A DNA stretch of 64,000 bases from a virus. The stretch covers positions 8,155 through 72,154 of IMG/VR virus record IMGVR_UViG_3300019764_000005; one strand, 5' to 3'. The notes below the pieces were generated by a model. That model did not search any database. It saw only the letters and a program-made list of their open reading frames with translations, and had not been told where the DNA came from. This document shows positions 40,437-48,210 of the stretch, piece by piece (within the stretch, counting starts at the first letter, position 1; the number at the start of each line of letters is the position of its first letter). Both the position numbers and the translations under genes were made by a program.

Positions 40437-40913
40437 ATGAGTGGATATAAAGAAGAGGTTGACGACGAAGTATGCCGATACTGCGAGGAAAACATTTTAG
40501 AATGCTCCTCAAACTCTATTCACTTTCAATGCGAAGGTTGCAAATGCGATGAAGCATTGGAAGATTACAACGAATCTAATAATTACGAACCAAAACAAAT
40601 TCCAGAAAAAATGAACAACGAATTACAAAGTACAAAGATCGAATCACCTGAGAAATTAGAACTGTTTGTTTTATGTCCAGGGCTTTCAAAAGAAGAAGTA
40701 ACCGTTTCTTTCGACAAAAAAGAGGGTATCCTTGAGATTCAAGGCGTTCCAAACAAAAGCTCACTATCAGAAGCAGTTGAGCTTAACATTAAAGGGAAAG
40801 TCTCTATCTCTCCTAAATACCGGTCGGAAAATATTGATGCTACGGTAGAAGATGGTGTCCTTACAGTTGCTTTTGGTCTTGCAAAAGATGTGAACTTAGT
40901 AGATGTGAAGTAA
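40437..40913 (+). CDS. Hsp20/alpha-crystallin domain protein with Cys-rich N-terminal extension
   Basis: PGLSKEEVTV...IDATVEDGVLTV. Confidence 0.7.
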   Translation: MSGYKEEVDDEVCRYCEENILECSSNSIHFQCEGCKCDEALEDYNESNNYEPKQIPEKMNNELQSTKIESPEKLELFVLCPGLSKEEVTVSFDKKEGILEIQGVPNKSSLSEAVELNIKGKVSISPKYRSENIDATVEDGVLTVAFGLAKDVNLVDVK

Positions 40914-41920
40914 TGATCAAGTTCGGGATATCAGTGAACTACGTTCCAAATTGGGGCGTAGTTCAAGCTATCAGGGAGATATATCAAAACTTCATTGACT
41001 ACGGAGAGTATGATGTCGAGGTAATTGAAATAAACGACACTGTCTCAAGCGTTAGAATAAGTAGTGATTACAAGCCTGAGAGTTGGGAATTTTTAAAGAT
41101 CGGATTCTCTAAGAAAAAAGATGGGGCTATCGGAAAGCATGGGGAAGGACTTAAATTGGCTGGACTAATTTTCAACAGAAACAAGAAAGTATTCCAGATT
41201 AATTCATGTCTTGGTCAAGCTGAAGCTGCCTTTTATGATGATGAGAATCTGGGCAGTTGCTATGGGATTAAGATAGGAGATGTTACTAGTGACAGGTTCG
41301 AAGTTTACTTTGAGGCTGACAATAAGGATATTTCTATATTCAAGGATAGTAGCGTCAAAGATGAAGACATTTTGAACTCTTGTTATGTTGGCGACATTTT
41401 GAGTAAAGATCCTGGAAACATATACGTAGGACGATTATTTGTTTGTAATCTTAAAGGACTCAAGTATTCTTTGAACTTCAATCCAGACTGTGTTGATCTT
41501 GGAAGAGATAGGGATATGCCTTCTACGTTTGACTTAGAGTACTACACAAACAAGATCATTAACTCTTGTAGTCATGAATTGGAATTTAAACCTTCCGACA
41601 TACACAATAGAGAGTTTAATGTAGGGTCATTACCATCCGAACTTACACGGAAGTTCAGTCCAATTCTATCCAATGATGGAGATATTCAAATGAAAGCTGG
41701 CAAAACCGTAGTTACAGATGAATCAAAAATCAGAGAGATATCAAAAGATCCTATAGTTGCCAAGAAGGTCGAGAAACTTAAGTATGCTATTATTTACAAG
41801 CAAAAGAAAGCTCCATCGACCATCCTCACGGAACTTAAAAATAATCTCCATCTTACCCAGCAAGAAATAATCCAGTTCGATTCGATAATTAAACTGTCAA
41901 GAAACTGGAGGATTAAGTAA
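40913..41920 (+). CDS. GHKL (HATPase-like) ATPase domain protein
   Basis: AIREIYQNFID, IGFSKK, IGKHGEGLK. Confidence 0.75.
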   Translation: MIKFGISVNYVPNWGVVQAIREIYQNFIDYGEYDVEVIEINDTVSSVRISSDYKPESWEFLKIGFSKKKDGAIGKHGEGLKLAGLIFNRNKKVFQINSCLGQAEAAFYDDENLGSCYGIKIGDVTSDRFEVYFEADNKDISIFKDSSVKDEDILNSCYVGDILSKDPGNIYVGRLFVCNLKGLKYSLNFNPDCVDLGRDRDMPSTFDLEYYTNKIINSCSHELEFKPSDIHNREFNVGSLPSELTRKFSPILSNDGDIQMKAGKTVVTDESKIREISKDPIVAKKVEKLKYAIIYKQKKAPSTILTELKNNLHLTQQEIIQFDSIIKLSRNWRIK

Positions 41921-42010
41921 TGTTTTATTTGTATTCATTCTAAACACTCGAATACGTAACTTGCAACTGAAATCAACGCAGGTAACGTATTCAATTTAAT
42001 CACTTGACTA

Positions 42011-42268
42011 ATGGAAATTACAGAAAAGCAAGCTCTCAATTGGCTAATCGATTCAGTAAGCGGAAACAAAGCTGTAATAGAACAGTATGATCAGTTTCCA
42101 TTTAATGATTTTGTATGGTTTCCGAAATCGGAACTAGCCGTTTTCTTTAATGTTAGAAAACAGGAATATACTCTCACTTTGGACGGAAATAATGTATGTA
42201 AGTTTTCTGCCGAAGATGATTTATCTTTAATTGAACAGATTCACGACCAAAGACTTGAATACTCATGA
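42011..42268 (+). CDS. Hypothetical protein
   Basis: 85-aa ORF. Confidence 0.6.
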   Translation: MEITEKQALNWLIDSVSGNKAVIEQYDQFPFNDFVWFPKSELAVFFNVRKQEYTLTLDGNNVCKFSAEDDLSLIEQIHDQRLEYS

Positions 42269-42810
42269 AAAAGGTTCGCATAAAAGATCATTTGTATTTT
42301 GAACCAGGGGATTACGTCATGTATGAAACCATAGACGAACTTAAGAAGTACTTCGCGCCAAAACGTAGTTATCAAGCCTTACAAATATGCCTTGAAAAAG
42401 AAGGTTTCAAAGGTTTCGTTCAAGTTATGACTTCTGAAAGACCTTTGTTTTGTCCTGTGTTTGAAAAACATATAGAATCTGAAGATCAGTTTGTATTAAC
42501 CAAAGAATGTGTAGGTAACATGAAACTTTTAAGAACTCACTTTGGACCCAAGAATCCTAATGTGGAAGATCCTTTCACAACATCGGGTTCTACTGGAATC
42601 ACGTTAACCATGGATTCTATTGAGAAAAGAATTGACTTATTGAAGTCTTTATCACTATCCGATTTTTCTAAGGATGATGAATCGGCTATACAGTCTCTAA
42701 TCACATCTATCGAGGATCCTATAAAGGAACTCGATATTACTGAAATGACTCCTGATCTATGTGAAAGGTTGGAAGCCATTAAATTTAAATACAACGTAAT
42801 TGAACTTTAG
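42265..42810 (+). CDS. Hypothetical protein
   Basis: 181-aa ORF with ATGA overlap. Confidence 0.6.
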   Translation: MKKVRIKDHLYFEPGDYVMYETIDELKKYFAPKRSYQALQICLEKEGFKGFVQVMTSERPLFCPVFEKHIESEDQFVLTKECVGNMKLLRTHFGPKNPNVEDPFTTSGSTGITLTMDSIEKRIDLLKSLSLSDFSKDDESAIQSLITSIEDPIKELDITEMTPDLCERLEAIKFKYNVIEL

Positions 42811-42858
42811 AAGCTAAGGCGGTAGCTTTCAATACCGCCATAATCAAATTTTTACACA

Positions 42859-43350
42859 ATGAAGTATTTCGAAGCGTCAATAAGTTTCATGGGTCAAAAC
42901 CCTGCAGGTCGAGATGTTAAAGAAACAGTAACTCTGATTATGCAAACCGAGACATACGGACACACAGAAGAGTTGGCATACAAATGGCTAGAAGTTAATC
43001 CTAAAAGAGCTCCTGACGTTACAATCAAGAAAAGCACTATAGATGAAATCCATACGGATCATACTGAGGCTGATTTCTTCTGCGCTAAAATCCTTGCTGA
43101 TACTGGCGAGAAAAAGCCACTTAAAATGAATGTTTTGGTTGATGGCTACAGTGATGAGAATGACGAACAAATCCTTAAGAATGCCGAGGTCAACGTTAAA
43201 GAATCTACCCGGGATTTCCTTGCTGATATCGAGGTCTTGAAAATTGAAAAGACCAGTATTATAGAGATAGTTCCTCATGACTATGGTGCACTGAAAGTTG
43301 ATTTCGAAACAATTGGTCATGATCCTTCCAGTGACTTGAATAATGACTAA
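42859..43350 (+). CDS. DUF4494-like Bacteroidota protein
   Basis: MKYFE.SI.F...G...KE...E pattern, two-repeat architecture. Confidence 0.45.
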   Translation: MKYFEASISFMGQNPAGRDVKETVTLIMQTETYGHTEELAYKWLEVNPKRAPDVTIKKSTIDEIHTDHTEADFFCAKILADTGEKKPLKMNVLVDGYSDENDEQILKNAEVNVKESTRDFLADIEVLKIEKTSIIEIVPHDYGALKVDFETIGHDPSSDLNND

Positions 43351-43463
43351 CTACACTGAGTGTATCTACGCAGAGCAAATCGTGTTCTGCGTAGTTATGC
43401 TGTTTATCGTATTAATTCAAATATCAATAAAGGAACTGATCCTTTTCATAAAAAGAAAGAGAA

Positions 43464-43961
43464 ATGAAAGTATTAACAAATCAAGAAGAGCGGTTCCTGA
43501 TATTTGCAATGAAAAATATTCCCGCAAAATACTCTAAAGCTGCTATATGTCAATGTTTAGCTATATCGTGCAGGCTTGACCATGAATCTGTCAGAAGAGT
43601 TGTTGGTGTATCCTTAGGGTATGTCAAGAATTCTGTTTCTGGATTAAACGTCATCAAGTGGAGCGATAGACCAGAGCGTATCAGGCTTACCAATTATCTC
43701 AAGCCAAGGGTAAAGGAGGCTACTACTAATGTAAGAATGTTTCTAGTTGCTGAAACTGATAATAATCCTGTATATCTAATTACTACAGATGGTAAAGATC
43801 CTGACGAGGATTCAAAGATGCTTCATACGGGGTACATTAATATTCATAAACGTCAGGATACTAAGTATAAGGTTAGAGCTGGCAATTATTCAGAGGTGGA
43901 TATTCTCTTAACTTCATTTGGAAGTATGAGAGTAAAAGATCTTATTAATAAATCAAGATGA
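43464..43961 (+). CDS. Hypothetical protein
   Basis: 165-aa ORF. Confidence 0.6.
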   Translation: MKVLTNQEERFLIFAMKNIPAKYSKAAICQCLAISCRLDHESVRRVVGVSLGYVKNSVSGLNVIKWSDRPERIRLTNYLKPRVKEATTNVRMFLVAETDNNPVYLITTDGKDPDEDSKMLHTGYINIHKRQDTKYKVRAGNYSEVDILLTSFGSMRVKDLINKSR

Positions 43962-43973
43962 TTTGATTGTTTC

Positions 43974-43996
43974 GCTCTTTAGAAAAGAGCACAAAA
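43974..43996 (+). repeat. GCTCTTT-N3-AAAGAGC hairpin, copy 3 (directly precedes E3)
   Basis: GCTCTTTAGAAAAGAGCACAAAA-TTA-TAACG. Confidence 0.8.
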
Positions 43997-43999
43997 TTA

Positions 44000-44807
44000 T
44001 AACGGACAAGGCTATGTGGCGTGGCTTTTCGCCATGATATATAGGTAGTGTTAGGCATCTGTATTTTTTTAATTTTTTAGGGAGGGATTTTTTTATTTTA
44101 AACCAGAAACAATGATAGTATTAATAACACACGAAGAAAGCCAAACGGTAATGACTGCATTTTTAGAAGCTGGACACGATGCTTATAGTTGTGATTTATT
44201 GCCAGCAAGTGGAAAGTACCCGGAAAGGCATTTACAAATGGATTACCTAAAGGCTATTGAAAAAATACAGCCTGATTTTTTGGGTATGCACCCAGAATGC
44301 ACACGATTAACAGTTGCAGCAAACAAGTATTATAAACCTGAATATGCAGAAAGGTTTCCGACTATACACCAAGATAGATTAGAAGCGGTTGCACACTTTT
44401 TTAACTGCGCTATGGCTTTGGAAAAAATAGGTAAAGGCTATATTGAAAACCCAATTGGAATAATGAGTCGATTGTATAAAAAACCTACCCAAATAATACA
44501 ACCTTATGAATACGGACACACCGAAAGGAAAAGCACTTGTTTATGGCTTGCCGGATTACCAAAGTTAGAGCCAACAAACATAGTTGAGCCTGATATTATA
44601 GTGCATAAGAGCGGAAGAACTGACAGCCGATTACACTACGAAACATTTAAACTACCTAAAGAGGAAAGGAGAAAAGCACGAAGCAAGACATTTAAAGGAA
44701 TTGCTGATGCTATGAGTACACAATGGTTTTGAAAAAACCAAAGCGGGCGGGCAAAAATTAATAAAATATTGTGCCTAACTACTTTATATATTCACTTTCA
44801 CTTCCTA
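44000..44807 (+). mobile_element. Hairpin-cassette element E3 (54-bp A module, B module 44050-44779 with MTase, type II end)
   Basis: TAAC..CTATGTGGCGTGGC-TTTTC-GCCATGATATATAG..GTTA; B arms GTTAGGCA..TATTTTTTTAATTTTT / AAAAATTAATAAAATATTGTGCCTAAC. Confidence 0.7.
44112..44732 (+). CDS. Phage-type DNA cytosine methyltransferase-like protein
   Basis: EESQ..AF..GH.AYSCD, HPECT (catalytic Cys), IENP, QPYEYG, RSKTF.GIA.AM..QW. Confidence 0.75.
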   Translation: MIVLITHEESQTVMTAFLEAGHDAYSCDLLPASGKYPERHLQMDYLKAIEKIQPDFLGMHPECTRLTVAANKYYKPEYAERFPTIHQDRLEAVAHFFNCAMALEKIGKGYIENPIGIMSRLYKKPTQIIQPYEYGHTERKSTCLWLAGLPKLEPTNIVEPDIIVHKSGRTDSRLHYETFKLPKEERRKARSKTFKGIADAMSTQWF

Positions 44808-45107
44808 CTTACGCACTCATTTACAGTAATATGAACGGTAAAATTAATAAAACATCATATGGATAAATTCTTAATAGCCGAACGCCTAATAGTAGGAGCA
44901 TTGCTATTGTATATGATCCTACCAGTATTAGGTATAATTAGTACTAATTTAACAAGAAAAAAAGCTCATGAAAAAGCCGAAGAAAATAAAGGACCATATG
45001 TCTAAAAAGATTTTAGAGCTTGACACATCTAAGATGGATAATGAAGAGTTGTTTTCGTTCACCAAAAATAAAGAGCATTTTTTTAGAAAACTTTTAAAAT
45101 AATATCA

Positions 45108-45821
45108 ATGCAATCATTACACAGATTTTACCTCGATTTAGAGGTCGTAGGGCACAAGCCTACTATTGAAGAATTACAGGCTAAAATTAAGCCTAGTGCT
45201 AATTGCAAGACCGATGATTCCCGTCTTGCCAGTATTCAAAAGCAAACAGATGCTTTACTAAAAAACCCTGAAGCTGCACTCGAAGCTGCTCATCGTAAAA
45301 ACTCTTTGGATATTTTCAAATCCGATATTATATGTGCGGGTTTCAAATTCGATTCCCATAAAACAAGAGGTGTATGTTACATAAAGGAGCGAGATACCGT
45401 TAAGGAGTTAAATAAGATCTGCAAAGATCTTGGCACTGAACAACACTTGGTTGAGTGGGTTACTTGGAATGGTACCGAGTATGACATTCCTATCCTTACT
45501 GCTCGTGCTCTTCTTTATGGATACATGGATTTGTACAACTCTTTACCAAAGAGTAAGAACGATAAAAGGAATATCGATCTAATGCATCATGTAACTCCTA
45601 CTATTTGGAAGGCTTATTATTCACTATCGGATATTTGTAAGTATCTTGGTATTCCGGTTAAAGAAGGTCTTATTACTGGTGCTAATGTCTTTGACCATTA
45701 TTACGATGGCAATATTAAAGGTATTAGAAAGTATTGTATTCAAGATGTCCAGGCGTTAGTAAAGCTTGCTAAACGTTTTAATCTTGATTATACTATAAAG
45801 GGTAGGCATCATCTTGATTAA
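45108..45821 (+). CDS. 3'-5' exonuclease (DEDD/PolB-exo-like)
   Basis: LDLEV, TWNG..YDIP, YC..DV. Confidence 0.8.
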   Translation: MQSLHRFYLDLEVVGHKPTIEELQAKIKPSANCKTDDSRLASIQKQTDALLKNPEAALEAAHRKNSLDIFKSDIICAGFKFDSHKTRGVCYIKERDTVKELNKICKDLGTEQHLVEWVTWNGTEYDIPILTARALLYGYMDLYNSLPKSKNDKRNIDLMHHVTPTIWKAYYSLSDICKYLGIPVKEGLITGANVFDHYYDGNIKGIRKYCIQDVQALVKLAKRFNLDYTIKGRHHLD

Positions 45822-46236
45822 CGGTAAATTGTATGGCAATGTAATTTTACGGATTTGAAACACAAAATAACAATATTATGAAATGGAAATTTGAAAAAGA
45901 ATTTAGGGCAGACCACCCAGAAACAATAGGTGAAACTGATAGAGAGTTTGACATTGACAATTACAAAGATTGGCTTGAACAAAAGTTAGTAAAATTATTT
46001 GCTATACAAGATGTTAGCCAACGAAGTGAACTGTTAGCAATTGCCGCCCTCGACAAAATTGCACACCCTATTAAACACCTACAAGAAGAAGCTGAAAAGG
46101 ATGGGTGTAAACTTGATGGATATATGGCAATACAGCTAACACAAGATGCTAATTTTTACCAAGAAATTGCAGATAAAGCACTAAAGGCAATTGCTAATTG
46201 TGGCTAACTACTTTATATATTCACTTTTACTTCCTA
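45819..46236 (+). mobile_element. Hairpin-cassette element E4 (A module 45819-46016, B module 46013-46208, type II end)
   Basis: A arms TAACGGTAAATTGTATGGCAATGTAATTTTAC / GTAAAATTATTTGCTATACAAGATGTTA; B arms GTTAGCCA / TGGCTAAC plus a perfect 12-bp IR at 46034-46045 and 46186-46197. Confidence 0.72.
45878..46207 (+). CDS. Hypothetical protein spanning the A/B junction of E4
   Basis: Junction reads I-Q-D-V(GTT)-S-Q-R; stop codon is the TAA of TAAC. Confidence 0.75.
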   Translation: MKWKFEKEFRADHPETIGETDREFDIDNYKDWLEQKLVKLFAIQDVSQRSELLAIAALDKIAHPIKHLQEEAEKDGCKLDGYMAIQLTQDANFYQEIADKALKAIANCG

Positions 46237-46291
46237 TAAACGTACTCATACACAGCGGTATAAGCGGTAAATTTATAAAAAAACCAATCTC

Positions 46292-47221
46292 ATGAAACAC
46301 ATCATTTTAAGCAGCTCAATGACTACGGCTCTTGGTTTATTTGTTTGTGATGATGAAATACTCACCGTAGATCATTGTCCGAAGTATGCTAAAGCAAGGC
46401 ACATAGGCGACGAATCCATAGTGGATAAGGATTCTAAAAGTGTTCTTCAGAAAAAATACTTCAGGACGCAATGTCTTGGTACTTACAAGGATGGTGAGTG
46501 TCTTAACGATCTTCCAAGGCTTAGTAATAAATCCAAGGGTGTCGAGCAGAAAAGAATCGATTTGCAAGTTTTGGAATATCATAAGCTTATAGCAGAACGA
46601 AACATCAACGTAAACATCTACAACACCAACATGGCTTTAATAGCTTTTTTTGGACAAATTGAGATTGGGGATGATGATTATTCTGTGTGGCTTAAGGATG
46701 AGATTAGCATCTTCCCTACAGTGGTTGATTATTCTGATTTTGCCATGGTCGATCTTGAACTTACTCGGGATGTTTACAATGACTTCTTTGCTCCTGGGCA
46801 GGTAAGGAAAGTTTCTGGTAGTTGTTGGGGCTCTCCTCAGTACATTGCTAAGAACAAACCTTTATTCTCTCACTACATTGTCCGAAATATGGATAAGGAC
46901 CACATTTTAAGGCTTAATGCAGACAATACTGAGAAGGTTGAAGCTCTTATTACCGATCAAGTTATCAGGCTGTCTAAGGATGCTAAATTCTACTACATTG
47001 TATTTGGTCACACTTCAAGCAAGTCTAACAAGAAGCAAACTCGGGTTGTAAAGTATGAGTGGAACAAGAAAAGATCATCTCTCCTTGACGAACTGGTAAG
47101 TAAGGCTCTTGACATATACATGGAGAATAAAGTTAATGGTTGGGTGGCTAATCCTATCTCAGAAATATGTAATAAGTGTCCTTTAGAATGTGAGTTAAAG
47201 GACAAGGATATTGAAATTTAA
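46292..47221 (+). CDS. Cas4/PD-(D/E)XK-like nuclease, divergent
   Basis: N-terminal CP and C-terminal C..CP..C cysteine cluster; lies near the annealase. Confidence 0.4.
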   Translation: MKHIILSSSMTTALGLFVCDDEILTVDHCPKYAKARHIGDESIVDKDSKSVLQKKYFRTQCLGTYKDGECLNDLPRLSNKSKGVEQKRIDLQVLEYHKLIAERNINVNIYNTNMALIAFFGQIEIGDDDYSVWLKDEISIFPTVVDYSDFAMVDLELTRDVYNDFFAPGQVRKVSGSCWGSPQYIAKNKPLFSHYIVRNMDKDHILRLNADNTEKVEALITDQVIRLSKDAKFYYIVFGHTSSKSNKKQTRVVKYEWNKKRSSLLDELVSKALDIYMENKVNGWVANPISEICNKCPLECELKDKDIEI

Positions 47222-47233
47222 TCTTACAATGTT

Positions 47234-47428
47234 ATGATATTAGAATTTGGCAAATATAAGGGATTGAGCATTTATAGTGTTGCAGATGATGATCCAAGCT
47301 ATGTTATATGGCTTGCTCAAGAAACTAATACTGATGTTCCATTAGATGCTATAGCGTGGGCTAATGATGCTATGATGGAGCCTGATTATGAAGATTTACA
47401 TGGAGATGATTGGGGTTGTAGGGATTGA
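47234..47428 (+). CDS. DUF3820-like small protein
   Basis: FGKYKG..I..V...DPSYV.WL. Confidence 0.65.
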   Translation: MILEFGKYKGLSIYSVADDDPSYVIWLAQETNTDVPLDAIAWANDAMMEPDYEDLHGDDWGCRD

Positions 47429-47470
47429 ATGTGAGTTTAAAAATAAAGATATTGAAATTTAATTGGAACC

Positions 47471-47493
47471 GCTCTTTAAAAAAGAGCACAAAA
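47471..47493 (+). repeat. GCTCTTT-N3-AAAGAGC hairpin, copy 4 (directly precedes E5)
   Basis: GCTCTTTAAAAAAGAGCACAAAA-TTA-TAACG. Confidence 0.8.
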
Positions 47494-47496
47494 TTA

Positions 47497-47853
47497 TAAC
47501 GTTGAGCGTTTTGGTAGTTGGGATTTTGAAAGACTACCCTACCAAATATTGATAACTTTAAATAGAAATACGATGAAACAAAATAACACAGAAACCCAAT
47601 TACCTAAACATATTGTTAGCACCCGTTACTTAGATGACGATGTTGTGCTAACCACAGATGATGAGTTCTTCTTTTATTGGGAGGTTAAAAAGCACAAACT
47701 TACAGTAAAAGAAAAAGCTACAGATAAAGAAGCTGCTGAATATAGAAAGGAATTTGCGTATTGGCAAAAAGAAGAACAGGAAAACCAAACTGCTGCAAAT
47801 TACGGTAGTAGTTATGGGTGCTAACTACTTTATATATTCACTTTTACTTCCTA
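47497..47853 (+). mobile_element. Hairpin-cassette element E5 (A module 47497-47618, B module 47615-47825, type II end)
   Basis: A arms TAACGTTGAGCGTTTTGGTAGTTGGG / CCCAATTACCTAAACATATTGTTA; B arms GTTAGCACCC / GGGTGCTAAC. Confidence 0.72.
47573..47824 (+). CDS. Hypothetical protein spanning the A/B junction of E5
   Basis: ATG at 47573 (track uses TTG at 47549); junction reads K-H-I-V(GTT)-S-T-R; stop codon is the TAA of TAAC. Confidence 0.7.
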   Translation: MKQNNTETQLPKHIVSTRYLDDDVVLTTDDEFFFYWEVKKHKLTVKEKATDKEAAEYRKEFAYWQKEEQENQTAANYGSSYGC

Positions 47854-47879
47854 TTGACATGATTATTAAATAATATTAC

Positions 47880-48203
47880 ATGGCAAAAAATAATAAAAAA
47901 GCAACTACCATAAGAGGTGCCACTCCTGTAGAAGATGATAAAGCTATTAATTTTTTCTTCTACGAGGAATCGATAGATCTCGATGATAATGGCAATATAA
48001 TTGAAGTCGAAGAAGTTGTTGATGTAGAAATTGATGATTTATTATTTGCCATAGTCATAATTGATCCTGATATAAGAATAGGACCCATAACTCTCTGTAA
48101 ATGTAGAGGGATACTGAATAAAATTAGGCGTTATACCAATAAAGTATTTTCGTCTGCAAAAATAAACGTCTTAAAAAAGACCGGTAAAGCAATTTTAAAA
48201 TAA
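47880..48203 (+). CDS. Hypothetical protein
   Basis: 107-aa ORF. Confidence 0.55.
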   Translation: MAKNNKKATTIRGATPVEDDKAINFFFYEESIDLDDNGNIIEVEEVVDVEIDDLLFAIVIIDPDIRIGPITLCKCRGILNKIRRYTNKVFSSAKINVLKKTGKAILK

Positions 48204-48210
48204 ATTTCAA

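Noticed and set aside
1346-47853. Canonical integron
   Set aside because: No integrase or tandem array is in the window. Only two of five junctions fit GTTRRRY strictly, and loops are far larger than typical attC. Reported as integron-like instead.
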